DNA from: a virus
Taxonomy: Duplodnaviria > Caudoviricetes
Reading direction: 5' to 3' (one strand)
Virus record (IMG/VR): IMGVR_UViG_3300031912_000871
Coordinates: 1-64,000 of that record
DNA: 64,000 nucleotides
Position numbers and translations under genes: made by a program. Positions 36,646 through 45,627 of the stretch are shown in pieces; positions within the stretch are counted from its first letter, which is position 1; each line of letters starts with the position of its first letter. A model generated the notes under the pieces. The model was not told the origin of the DNA. It did not search any database and saw only the letters and a list, made by a program, of their open reading frames with translations.

Positions 36646-37610
36646 CCGCGCGGCTGCGCCCCGGCCGGCCAGCCAGCCTCGTCGTACGCCGCATCCGGGT
36701 TGCCCACCGTCTGGCCGGGCTCGACGTCCGCCTCGCTGTCACCAGCGTGCTCGGTCACCTCGTCCACCGGCGCGTCCGGCGAGTCGTTGTGCCGTACCCC
36801 GCCGTCAGCCGCGATGGCCTGCCGAGCGGTCGCCGACAGCGGCAACCACTTGCCCAGCTGCTTCCCGACCGTCTTGTGCGCCATCGCCTCGAAGCCATCA
36901 CCAGCCACACCGCGGTCATCGAACCAGGGGCCCGACTTGATCCGGACGTAGCGGGCCCGGTGCGCCTTCATCGCATCCCGGTGCACCGGCCGGGTCAGCT
37001 GGTAGCCGCCCCCGTTGAGCAGCGCCCGAGCGTAGTAGAGCACCGGCGCACCCGGCTTGTCGTCCAGCAGCCACGGCTCGTGGACCAGCTCGTCACGGTC
37101 CTCGTGCCAGCTCAACCGGAAGGACGGCAGCTCCTTCTCGTACACCGTCCGGGCGACGATGCCACGCACCAGGCCCGACTGCATGGCCAGCTTGACCAGG
37201 CCCTTGTAGCCGAGCACGAACGTCGCCTCCCGGCGGCCCCGGTCGTTGTTCCAGAACGGCAGCACGTACGCCTGCCCGGTCGCCCCGCCGACTCGCAGGC
37301 CCAGCTGCGCGCAGGTCATCACCGCCCCGACGATCGTGCGGGGGTCGCACTCGTCCAGCCCCTTGACCGTCGACAGCGCAGTGACGGTATCGGTGATCAG
37401 CTGCACGCCGGTCGGCCCGCCGTCCGGAGCCGCCCGGTTGAACAGCTCCTCCCGCTGCCTCAGCGCCTCGACGGCACTGCCGTACCCGGACACCTGGACC
37501 GCGGCACGCTGGTCCGGCTGCGCGGGCATGACGGTGCCCTCGACGGCCGGGCCAGGCTGTCCGGCGGTCTGTCCGGCCCGGGCATCTTTCACTCGGTCTC
37601 GCAAGCTCAT
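36642..37610 (-). CDS. recT: RecT family recombinase
   Basis: CDPRTIVGAVMTCAQLGL...GQAYVLPF...LGYKGLVKLAMQSG...MAHKTV. Confidence 0.92.
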   Translation of the reverse strand: MSLRDRVKDARAGQTAGQPGPAVEGTVMPAQPDQRAAVQVSGYGSAVEALRQREELFNRAAPDGGPTGVQLITDTVTALSTVKGLDECDPRTIVGAVMTCAQLGLRVGGATGQAYVLPFWNNDRGRREATFVLGYKGLVKLAMQSGLVRGIVARTVYEKELPSFRLSWHEDRDELVHEPWLLDDKPGAPVLYYARALLNGGGYQLTRPVHRDAMKAHRARYVRIKSGPWFDDRGVAGDGFEAMAHKTVGKQLGKWLPLSATARQAIAADGGVRHNDSPDAPVDEVTEHAGDSEADVEPGQTVGNPDAAYDEAGWPAGAQPRG

Positions 37611-38623
37611 CTCTTCACCTCTCGCAACTCGACGTACTCGCAGGGGTTGACGGTGTAACCGGCGCGGGAACGGCGGGCGAGCCGGACCGCACGGCGCCCG
37701 CCGAGCCGTCCGTACTCGGCGCCCGCCTCCACCAGCTGCGCCTTGATCTCGTTCTCCACCTCGTCCAGCTCGACCTTCAGCGCCTTGCGCCGGGCCTTCA
37801 GATCCCGGCGGCGGGCGAGCAGGTCCGCGGTGTGCTCGGCCAGGTCGACTTCCTTGGCCTCGGTGATGCTCGCCAGCGCGGCGACGGCGAGCGCCTCCGA
37901 CGTGGCCGCCCGCGCGTCGGCGGGCGGAGCGGTGTCCGGCCACAGGTGGTCGCGGCAGAACTGGGCGGCGGCCTCGCGCAGCTCGCCGATCAGGTCGTCG
38001 TCGCGGGCGACGTACTCCACGACCGGTTCGTCGCAGCCGTCGACCACGGCCACGACGTACCAGCCGAGCGCCCCGGTCACTCCCATGCACCACTGCGCCT
38101 GGGCCTGCGGATAGTCCGGCACGGAGCCACCCAGCCACAGCTTCACGTCCGGGGAATGGTCGTCCACCGTCTTGATCTCGACCCCGGCCGGCTCGCCGAC
38201 GACGAACCGGTCCGGGTTGCACAGCATGTAACGGGCGAAGCCGTCCACCTCGAACAGCGGAACCGGATGCCGCCAGGTGCCGGTCACCCCGAGCTGCTTG
38301 CCGTGCAGCTCGGCGAACCAATCGGCTGCGACCGGCTCCAGCCGGTGCCCCCACGCCAGCCGTCCCTTCGCCGGTGTCGGCGGCAGCCGTCCGGACTTGT
38401 CCAGCCACAGCTTGTACGGCGTCGACCAGGGGGACAGGCTCAGCGCCGCGAGAGCATCACTCCCGCCGAGGCCCGTCAAGCGGATGGCGTGCCAGTCCGG
38501 CATCGGCGCGCCGTACGGCAGCACCTCCACGGCAGGGCCAGATGCCCACCACGGTCTGGAAGGCGGCGCGGGATCGGCCGGCGGTCCGGCACCCACACCA
38601 TGATCATGGATGACAGCAGTCAT
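37607..38623 (-). CDS. YqaJ-like viral recombinase exonuclease
   Basis: WHAIRLTGLGGSD...WGHRLEP...CNPDR..VEIKT...YPQAQAQWCM. Confidence 0.92.
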   Translation of the reverse strand: MTAVIHDHGVGAGPPADPAPPSRPWWASGPAVEVLPYGAPMPDWHAIRLTGLGGSDALAALSLSPWSTPYKLWLDKSGRLPPTPAKGRLAWGHRLEPVAADWFAELHGKQLGVTGTWRHPVPLFEVDGFARYMLCNPDRFVVGEPAGVEIKTVDDHSPDVKLWLGGSVPDYPQAQAQWCMGVTGALGWYVVAVVDGCDEPVVEYVARDDDLIGELREAAAQFCRDHLWPDTAPPADARAATSEALAVAALASITEAKEVDLAEHTADLLARRRDLKARRKALKVELDEVENEIKAQLVEAGAEYGRLGGRRAVRLARRSRAGYTVNPCEYVELREVKR

Positions 38624-38970
38624 CGTCAGGGGTCTCCTCGTCCGGCCCGTCGCTCACGGGCCAAGCGGAACGCGGCCAGGACCATAACGTCCTGACACCC
38701 CAAAGTGTAGCAGACATGGAGCAGGGCCGCGCACCATGTCCGCGGCCCTGCAAAACGGAAGGCCAACCCCGCGAGCTGAGATCGTCATCGCGGGAGCGAA
38801 CCGCTCAGACCTCGCACGCCGTCACGGTGGAGACCCCGTTGCCCGAAGGGCTCAAAGGTGCCGCAGACGGACGTGTTTCCCACGCCAGTTGGCCTTTCCA
38901 CCACCCATGCTACGGCACCCCCACCGACACAACTACGCTGATCGGACCTGCGACTTGCCGACGAAAGGAC

Positions 38971-39468
38971 GTGCCCGGGTTGAGCGACCCCAGGCGCCTC
39001 GCCGAGATCGCCGCCGCCGACGACCGCGGATTCCTCATGGAGCTGCTGCGGCACCTGGACCGGCCCACCCCCGACACGATCGCCATGTTCCGCGGTGATG
39101 TGCTCCGCCGCCGTACCCGCGCCGCCGTCGGCGAGCTGCTGAAGATGGCCGACCAGCACGACCGCAAGGGCGCCCCCGAGCAGACCCGCGCGAAGTGGAG
39201 AGCAGTCCGGACCGCCGCCCGCGCCGAGCGAGAAGCCCTCCAGGCCCTCCCACCAGAGGGCGCCGGACCCCGCCGGCGAGCGCTGGAACGCCTCGGCCAG
39301 GAACACCCGGACGAGCTGAAGGCACTGCGTGCCGGCCCGGTCGCCAAGAACGCACGCCGCAGCCTCCTCGAACAGATCGCCGCGCGTCACCCCGTCCGCA
39401 TGATCGAGCTGCTGCGGGAGGAGCGGACGCGCGGCGAGTCCAGCGGCGATCAGGACGCCAGGTCGTAG
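38971..39468 (+). CDS. Helical hypothetical protein
   Basis: AAAGGA SD, high GC3. Confidence 0.7.
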   Translation: MPGLSDPRRLAEIAAADDRGFLMELLRHLDRPTPDTIAMFRGDVLRRRTRAAVGELLKMADQHDRKGAPEQTRAKWRAVRTAARAEREALQALPPEGAGPRRRALERLGQEHPDELKALRAGPVAKNARRSLLEQIAARHPVRMIELLREERTRGESSGDQDARS

Positions 39469-39776
39469 TCCTGGCGCCGGCTGGTCTTCTCCTCCACCAC
39501 CGGGGCGACCTTCGAGAAGATGGTCTTGTAGGCGGCGTGCGACGCGACCGCCACGACGGCGACCACCTGGAGCACGGTCTGGCCGTCACTGATCGAACCG
39601 TCGGCGAGGCAGCCGACGACGCCCAGCGCGACGGCGACCGCGATGGCCACCGCCTGCCGGGTCGACTTCGACCACTGCGGCTGGTTGACGATCGAGACGA
39701 GCAGCGGGTTGATGACGCCGAGCAGCAGCGCCCACGACGGGGTGTCGAGCACCCAAGCGAAGAGAGTGGTGTCCAT
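39450..39776 (-). CDS. Holin-like membrane protein (leaderless)
   Basis: Three TMs; ATG 7 nt after the late promoter -10. Confidence 0.7.
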   Translation of the reverse strand: MDTTLFAWVLDTPSWALLLGVINPLLVSIVNQPQWSKSTRQAVAIAVAVALGVVGCLADGSISDGQTVLQVVAVVAVASHAAYKTIFSKVAPVVEEKTSRRQDYDLAS

Positions 39777-39783
39777 GCCCGCC

Positions 39784-39813
39784 ACGATCGGCCCCGCGAG
39801 GGGTTAGCGTCCC
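39784..39813 (-). promoter_or_regulatory. Late-type promoter (holin)
   Basis: GGGACGCTAAC-N13-GATCGT. Confidence 0.7.
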
Positions 39814-39820
39814 GTGGCAG

Positions 39821-40423
39821 CTACTCGCCGTCGTGGGCGCACAAGGTCACCTGCCGTGTTCCGCCGGTGGTGAGCACCATCGCCTCCTGCGGGTGGTAGC
39901 CGTCCGGGCAGGCCGGACCGTCCTCACCGGCCGGTCCAGACGGGCCCGGCGGGCCGGGCGGCCCCGAGGGGCCCGCCGGGCCTTCCGGACCGCGCGCCCC
40001 CGCCGGACCCGACGGTCCGGCAGGCCCCGCCGCGCCGGCGGCACCGACCCGGCCAGCACCATCCGCGCCATCCGCGCCGTCATCCCCGGCCGGGCCAGAC
40101 GGGCCCGGCTCACCCGGCCACCCACGCGGACCAGGCGGGCCGCTCGGACCGGCCTGCCCGTCGGCGCCCGCCGGCCCTGGATCGCCGCGCAGCTGCTCGG
40201 GGTCCTCCACGCACGTCATGCCAGCCTGCCGCACCTGGTCGCACAGCTGCTGCGCCACCGACACCGCCGTAGTGGCACGTCGCTCCGCCGTCTCCGTGCG
40301 TACCGTCGCGGCCCGCAGCGCCCAGCCCATCATCACCCCGGTCAGCGCGATCAGAGCTGCCAGGGCGATCGCCCGGCTCCGCGGCCACCGCCGCAGCGTC
40401 GTCGCCTGCTCGCCGTGCCTCAT
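39821..40423 (-). CDS. Membrane-anchored collagen-like (Gly-X-Y) lysis-cassette protein
   Basis: TM, Cys pair, about 25 GXY triplets, terminal C...C. Confidence 0.8.
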   Translation of the reverse strand: MRHGEQATTLRRWPRSRAIALAALIALTGVMMGWALRAATVRTETAERRATTAVSVAQQLCDQVRQAGMTCVEDPEQLRGDPGPAGADGQAGPSGPPGPRGWPGEPGPSGPAGDDGADGADGAGRVGAAGAAGPAGPSGPAGARGPEGPAGPSGPPGPPGPSGPAGEDGPACPDGYHPQEAMVLTTGGTRQVTLCAHDGE

Positions 40424-40746
40424 GCCGCCGCTCCGTTCAGCCTGGCCACCTCTTGCTCAAGGTGGGTGATCCGGTTGGTCTGCTTGGTGACCTGCTCGGT
40501 CAGTGCCTCGACCTTGCGGCCCAGCTCGGCCACCGAGTCCTCCGCCTTGCGCCGCAGATCCCGTTCCCGGTCCAGCTCCGCCTGCGTCTCGGCGTGGTCC
40601 CGCACTTCCTGCTTGTACCGCTCGTCGGCGGCCACCAGCTGCCCGCGGTCGTGGCCGATCATCCTGGCGAGGATGATCACAGCGGTGCCGAAGGTGCCGA
40701 ACGCGCCCAAGCCGGGGATCAGCGTCTCCAGCTGTGACGTGTCCAC
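40420..40746 (-). CDS. TM plus coiled-coil lysis-cassette protein
   Basis: [18 protein letters not shown] followed by a coiled coil. Confidence 0.7.
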   Translation of the reverse strand: MDTSQLETLIPGLGAFGTFGTAVIILARMIGHDRGQLVAADERYKQEVRDHAETQAELDRERDLRRKAEDSVAELGRKVEALTEQVTKQTNRITHLEQEVARLNGAAA

Positions 40747-40781
40747 GATCCCCCCGTTACCCCCGCAACCCGGACCGCGCC

Positions 40782-40811
40782 ACCGTAGGGCCGTTCCGTC
40801 CCTTGCGTCCT
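40782..40811 (-). promoter_or_regulatory. Late-type promoter variant (lysis genes)
   Basis: AGGACGCAAGG-N13-TACGGT. Confidence 0.55.
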
Positions 40812-40852
40812 CACGGACCGTATGGCGGGCCGGCACCCCGCATAATCGCCCG

Positions 40853-41269
40853 GTGGCAACCAACCCTCCGACCCGGCCCGGGCGGTCCTGGCACGGCGTG
40901 ACCGCGGCCGTGTTGGCCGCCGGCGCCGTCGCGCTCGTGGCCGTCGCTCCCGAACCGGTGCGGGCGACCGCCCGCCCGACCACCGTCCTGCTGATCGCGC
41001 AGCCCACCGTCAGCGCCGCGGCCGCCATCCACCGCGCTGACGGCAGCACCGTCACCCCGGCGCCCATCGGCCGGGAGATCCAGCTGAGCGGCCGTCCAGT
41101 CGGGGTGCAGGTGTTCCTCCGAGCGCCCGAGGGTGGAGTCGAGGTGTCCCAGCCGGGTGTGGACCTGCCGCTCCGCGCGACCGCCGCGTACTGCGCGATC
41201 GTCATCGACGGCGAGGTGGTCGACCAGTCCGGGCCGTCGTCGGTCGCGTCGTGCCAGTGGGACGGCTAG
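40853..41269 (+). CDS. Exported MmpS-like protein (possible superinfection exclusion; inference)
   Basis: Signal/TM segment; C-terminal YCAIVIDGEVV...SVASC; CATAAT -10 at 40841, leaderless. Confidence 0.55.
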   Translation: MATNPPTRPGRSWHGVTAAVLAAGAVALVAVAPEPVRATARPTTVLLIAQPTVSAAAAIHRADGSTVTPAPIGREIQLSGRPVGVQVFLRAPEGGVEVSQPGVDLPLRATAAYCAIVIDGEVVDQSGPSSVASCQWDG

Positions 41270-43248
41270 CCGGCGGCGCGCCGCTCCAGCTCCACCACCC
41301 GCTCGGCCAGCTTGGCGAGCTGCCGGTCCTGATCCCGCACCAGCAGCATCAACGCGGCCGTGAACCGGTCGTACTGGACGCCGTCCGGCTCGCCGTGGAG
41401 GTAGGTCACCAGCTCCCCCAAGCCCAGCTGGTCAACCTCCTCGGCGACGAACCCCGCGTACCAGCGCGCATCGTCGCCGCGTTCCTCGACCTCACCGCGG
41501 TCGCGGAACCGGACCGGCCGCAGCGACCGCAGCGCGTCCAGGCTGAGCTCCAGATCCTCGACGTCGGTCTTGTACCTGATGGATGACGTCGACCGGCTGA
41601 TCTTGTGGGTTCCGGAGTCGATGAAGCAGTTCGCGGCCGACGTCGTAGTGGCGTTCGTCCGCAGCCGCAGGGAACCGATGAACGCACTGCCGGCGCGCGG
41701 ACCGAGGATCACCTCGCCGTTGCCGGGAGTGTCCAGCCACCACCGGTTGTTCGACCCGCCCGCGCCGGCGTTGTCCACGTAGATCGAGTAGCCCTCGTTG
41801 AACGTGATTGCCTTCGACGCCGCCGAGTGCGGCAGGGACAGCTCCAGCCCTCCGGACGGCGTGAACCGGTAGACCGAGATGGCAGTGATCGGGTCGGTCC
41901 AGCAGGAAATCTGCCACGCGAAGTCGGTGTCCTCCGCGACCATGCTGGTGCCGGCGGCGCCGAGGGTGCCGGCCGGGCCTCGGATCGTGAACCGACGGTT
42001 GGAGCCGGTGCCGATCTGGTTGGCCTGGATGACCGGCTCGTCCCAGCCCCGGCCGAGCAGGTCCCACTTGATGGAGGCGACCGCGCCGCCCTCGTACGCG
42101 GTCTCGCCCATCTCGACCCGGGGCGCGGCCGACCGGGTGAAGAACGTGCCGCCGGTGATGACCTTGCCGGTGATGGCGTTCGCGGACAGCTTGTCCGCGG
42201 TGATCGCACCGTCGGCGATGCTGACCGCGCTGATCGCCCCGGCCGGGATGACATCAACCGCTACCAGGTCCACCTCGGCGGTGCCGTTGCCCGCCACGGC
42301 GTTGAGGTTCAGCACCGGCCGCAGGTAGCGGGTGCCGGTGACGGCGGCGCCCGGGTTGTTCGGGTCCGGGCGGGCCGTACTCGTGCCGGTGGTGGCGGTG
42401 CCGCGCAGGTAACCGGTGAACTCCTGCCACCCGGCCCCGGCCACCAGGACCGCGTTCGCGGCGGCGACGTAGTGGGCGTTCGTCGGCCCGGGCGTCGCGG
42501 TGCCGGTGACGTCCACGTACGTCGCGCCGTCGGCCATCACCGCGGCGAACCCGGCGGACACCTTGGACGCGGTGGTGTCACCGGTCGGAGCGACGGTCTG
42601 CCGGACCCGGATCTTGATGCGGTACAGGGCGGTCGGGTCGAACGGGATCACCGGCGTCCGGACCAGCCCGGTCACCGCTCCGCCGGCCCGGAACACCGTC
42701 CCGCCGGTCACCGAGTCCACCACCTGCTGCACGGTCAGCGTCCCCGCGACGCCGGCCGCCGCCCAGTCGGCCAGGTCACCACACGCGTCGACCACCCGGG
42801 CGGCGATCGCGCCCTGGCTGCCGACGGTCAGCTTGTCGGTGCTGATCGACCCGGCTTCGATCTTCCCGGCGGTGACCGCGTTCGCGGCGATCTTGTCCGA
42901 GGTGACCGACCCGGCTTCGATCTTGTCGGCGGTGACCGCGTTCGCCGTCAGCTTCGGCGTGCTGATCGCGTCGTCGGAGATGTCCGTCTCGGTGATTGTG
43001 CCTGCCGGCAGGTTCAGATCCTGCGCGACGACGACACCGCCGTTGACGCCGGCCACCGCGTACGTGCCGTCGCCCTGGTCGCCGATCACCAGCACCGGGT
43101 TGCCCTCGGCGTCGGAGACGGTCAGCTGTCCGGCCTCGATGGAGGAGTGCCCCAGCTGCGAACCCCGCTCCAAGGCGGCAAGCCTGGCCTCCGTCTCCGA
43201 TAGCCGCTTCGCCAGCTGCGTGATCGCCTGATCGGCCGCCGTCGTCAT
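41266..43248 (-). CDS. Tail fibre with C-terminal peptidase S74 chaperone
   Basis: 10-aa AVTADKI repeats; SSIRYKTDVED...LRPVRF...GFVAEEV...VQYDRF. Confidence 0.85.
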   Translation of the reverse strand: MTTAADQAITQLAKRLSETEARLAALERGSQLGHSSIEAGQLTVSDAEGNPVLVIGDQGDGTYAVAGVNGGVVVAQDLNLPAGTITETDISDDAISTPKLTANAVTADKIEAGSVTSDKIAANAVTAGKIEAGSISTDKLTVGSQGAIAARVVDACGDLADWAAAGVAGTLTVQQVVDSVTGGTVFRAGGAVTGLVRTPVIPFDPTALYRIKIRVRQTVAPTGDTTASKVSAGFAAVMADGATYVDVTGTATPGPTNAHYVAAANAVLVAGAGWQEFTGYLRGTATTGTSTARPDPNNPGAAVTGTRYLRPVLNLNAVAGNGTAEVDLVAVDVIPAGAISAVSIADGAITADKLSANAITGKVITGGTFFTRSAAPRVEMGETAYEGGAVASIKWDLLGRGWDEPVIQANQIGTGSNRRFTIRGPAGTLGAAGTSMVAEDTDFAWQISCWTDPITAISVYRFTPSGGLELSLPHSAASKAITFNEGYSIYVDNAGAGGSNNRWWLDTPGNGEVILGPRAGSAFIGSLRLRTNATTTSAANCFIDSGTHKISRSTSSIRYKTDVEDLELSLDALRSLRPVRFRDRGEVEERGDDARWYAGFVAEEVDQLGLGELVTYLHGEPDGVQYDRFTAALMLLVRDQDRQLAKLAERVVELERRAAG

Positions 43249-44660
43249 GCCACGCTCCCGTACGTGTACCGGTCGGCGCGCTGGAGCGCCAGCTTCGCCC
43301 GGTGCTCACCGATCAGCGACCAGCCGATCACCCGCGACCACAGCGGCACGTCACCCAGCCACGGCACCCGGGCCTGCACGAGGATGTCGTCGCCGACAGC
43401 CCATGACCCGATCCGGGCGTTCGGGTGGTCGACCACCTCGATCTCGGTGATCTCGACCAGGCCCCGCCGGCGGATCAGCTCGTCCCGGCAGATCATGTCC
43501 AGCCGAGACCCGGAGGTGACCGCCTTGTTCGACACCACCGCCACCCGGCGTAGCCGCCCGTCGATGATCGGCAGGCGGGTGTGCACCAGCGTTCGGCCCT
43601 CCCCGGCGCCGAGCCCGAACACCTCGTTGGCGTAGTCATCGCCGTCGACCTGCACCGGCACGGCGGACACCACGTTGTCGCCCTGCACGAACGCCAGGTC
43701 GTCGCGGCGGCGACCGAGCCGCGGGTACCCGAGCCGGATCCGGTGCACGATGCTGCCCCCGGCACCCCAGGCGACGTCTTCCGCCCAGTCGAACGGCGTC
43801 TGGTTCGCCAGCTGCTCGAACTCGCCCCCGCAGTCCTTCGCGTCCCACCACGCCAGCAGGTACGGCTCGGCCGGCTGCGCAGCCACCGTGCGGGTCTGCG
43901 TACCGTCGTGCTTGACGAGGGTGCCCTCCCGGTGCGACGTCGCCGAACTGGTGCCGTAGCCGCGTTCCAGGCCGGTCAGCTTCGTGCCGGTCCGGCCGGT
44001 CACCCGCATCGTCTCCGCGCCCACCGTGATCAGGTACGGGGGTGCCAGCTGGTCGTACAGGCCCATCGCGGCGAGGGTGAGACTGCTGTCGTTGGAGTCG
44101 ATGCCGGTCTTCAGCTTCGCCGACGCTGACGGCTCGACCGAGGACGCGGGCACCGCGTCCTTCCGCACCCACTTCCCGCCCAGGAACACCTCCTCGAAGG
44201 CGGCCACGCCCGGCTTCCCGAGCCGGGCCGGGCTCTTCGTGCCGTCGAGCACCACACCCAGATCGCCGTTCGGAAAGGACTGAAGGTGCGCCCAGATCTC
44301 CCGCGCCGCGTCCAACGGGTCGACGCCGACGCGGGAGTATTCGCCGAGGTAGGGGATGCCGCGCGGGTAGGCGGACACACCAGCAGCCTCGATGCTCCAC
44401 TGCGAGCCGGAAAACCGGGACGACACGATGATGCCGCCCCACCGCAGATGCCCGTCCGCCTCGGCGAACAGCTCGGTTCCCCACTCCTCCAGCAGCAGCC
44501 GCCCGTCAGGAGCGCGCAGCTGCCCTATGTCCGGGTCGATGCTGCCGCGCAGCGACCCGGAGCGGCGCAGCCCCCACGTCAGCTCATCCCGGTGCAACGG
44601 CAGATCCCAGTCGAGGATCTCCCCGGTGACCGCGCGGCGTGCGATGTACCGCCACGTCAC
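43245..44660 (-). CDS. Minor tail (Tal/hub-like) protein
   Basis: Position after Dit; WDLPL...YANEVFGLGAGEG. Confidence 0.75.
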   Translation of the reverse strand: MTWRYIARRAVTGEILDWDLPLHRDELTWGLRRSGSLRGSIDPDIGQLRAPDGRLLLEEWGTELFAEADGHLRWGGIIVSSRFSGSQWSIEAAGVSAYPRGIPYLGEYSRVGVDPLDAAREIWAHLQSFPNGDLGVVLDGTKSPARLGKPGVAAFEEVFLGGKWVRKDAVPASSVEPSASAKLKTGIDSNDSSLTLAAMGLYDQLAPPYLITVGAETMRVTGRTGTKLTGLERGYGTSSATSHREGTLVKHDGTQTRTVAAQPAEPYLLAWWDAKDCGGEFEQLANQTPFDWAEDVAWGAGGSIVHRIRLGYPRLGRRRDDLAFVQGDNVVSAVPVQVDGDDYANEVFGLGAGEGRTLVHTRLPIIDGRLRRVAVVSNKAVTSGSRLDMICRDELIRRRGLVEITEIEVVDHPNARIGSWAVGDDILVQARVPWLGDVPLWSRVIGWSLIGEHRAKLALQRADRYTYGSVA

Positions 44661-45619
44661 GCTGGCTTCTCCACGAACTCGTAGTCGATGGTGATGATCG
44701 ACTGATAGTCCGCCTGGAAGGTGCCAGAGCCACCGGAGCGGACCCCGGCAGCGGCGAGGGTGCGGGTGGTGCCGCGGTGCGCGGCCGGGATCGCGTGCTC
44801 ACCGGCCACCGAGTAGTAGCCGCGGCCGGCGACCGTCTCCACCAGGATGCCGTTCTCCGACGAGTAGTCGCTGCCGTTGTAGACGGTCTTCAGACCAGCG
44901 ACCGTCGGGGTGCTGGCGCCGGGAATGTGCTCGATGCCCTGCAAGGTGATGTTGACCCGCACGTGGGTCGCCCAGGCCGGCACCTCCACGCTGATCTGCG
45001 ACGCCGCCGGCCACACCCCGTACGCGGTGCCGGAGATGTTGTTGTCGCCCCCCGGGAACTTCACCACGAGGTCTCGCTCGCGGCGCGGATTCGCGATCCG
45101 CCGCAGGTCCGCGATCATCGCCTGGGTGACGGTGGCCGTGGACGGGGGAATGTCCACCCGCGCCAGCGCGATCCCGGAGAACCCGAGGCCCAGGTCGGTG
45201 AGCCGCCTCGTGGTCGGCGGGACGCCGGGGATGACGACGGTGTTGATGTACGGGCCGACCGCCGGGTCGGCCGGGTCGGACCACGGCTCCCCAGCGAGCC
45301 ACGGGTCTTCCACCCTGGCGATCACCAGGTCGGACCGGCCCGCGCCGGCGCCGGTCGCTGCGATGCCCGCCGTGTCCTGGGTGGCGCATCGGCCCGCGTA
45401 CGCCTGGTGCAGTTGCCCGGCCGCTCGGCAGAGGATCGAGCAGGCGCCCGGGTCGACGGTCACGCCCGCGCCGGGCACGGCCAGGGCCTTGACCTTCAGG
45501 TCGTCGGGCCCGACGACGCCTTCGTTGCCGCGGAAGGCGACGAAGGCGAGCATCCGGGCTACCTCGGCGGAGTGCTGCGCCCCACCGCCCACCATCCACG
45601 GCACGCCGTCCCAGCCCAC
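44657..45619 (-). CDS. Minor tail protein
   Basis: LKVKALAVPGAGVTVDPG...RSDLVIARVEDP; synteny. Confidence 0.75.
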   Translation of the reverse strand: MGWDGVPWMVGGGAQHSAEVARMLAFVAFRGNEGVVGPDDLKVKALAVPGAGVTVDPGACSILCRAAGQLHQAYAGRCATQDTAGIAATGAGAGRSDLVIARVEDPWLAGEPWSDPADPAVGPYINTVVIPGVPPTTRRLTDLGLGFSGIALARVDIPPSTATVTQAMIADLRRIANPRRERDLVVKFPGGDNNISGTAYGVWPAASQISVEVPAWATHVRVNITLQGIEHIPGASTPTVAGLKTVYNGSDYSSENGILVETVAGRGYYSVAGEHAIPAAHRGTTRTLAAAGVRSGGSGTFQADYQSIITIDYEFVEKPA

Positions 45620-45627
45620 TGTGCCTC

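Larger units (their letters stand above)
3740..38662 (-). repeat. Dispersed GAGCG-loop leader hairpin, 17 copies
   Basis: 3740-3760, 4453-4469, 4643-4659, 5710-5728, 6166-6186, 6521-6535, 7508-7528, 8012-8028, 15077-15093, 17314-17344, 18272-18300, 19326-19342, 20441-20459, 23943-23955, 32477-32495, 36058-36074, 38644-38662. Confidence 0.85.
4660..38711. promoter_or_regulatory. Dispersed early-type promoter motif GCTACA(C/G)T-NNGGGTGT, 8 copies
   Basis: Minus strand: 4660-4676, 6187-6203, 6539-6555, 8029-8045, 19343-19358, 20461-20477, 38695-38711. Plus strand: 11322-11338. Confidence 0.75.

Noticed and set aside
3740-38662. CRISPR array or integron cassette array interpretation of the repeated hairpins
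   Set aside because: Spacing is irregular (150 bp to over 8 kb), whole genes lie between copies, stems vary, and there are no cas genes or attC-like R/L boxes.
38977-38990. GGGT-TGAGCG-ACCC on the plus strand as an 18th hairpin
   Set aside because: It has a six-nucleotide loop and lies within the start of a CDS rather than upstream of an SD.
39880-40180. Repetitive GC-rich DNA
   Set aside because: Explained by Gly-X-Y collagen-like coding.
41266-43248. Diversity-generating retroelement at the tail fibre
   Set aside because: No reverse transcriptase and no second copy of the fibre 3-prime region in the window.
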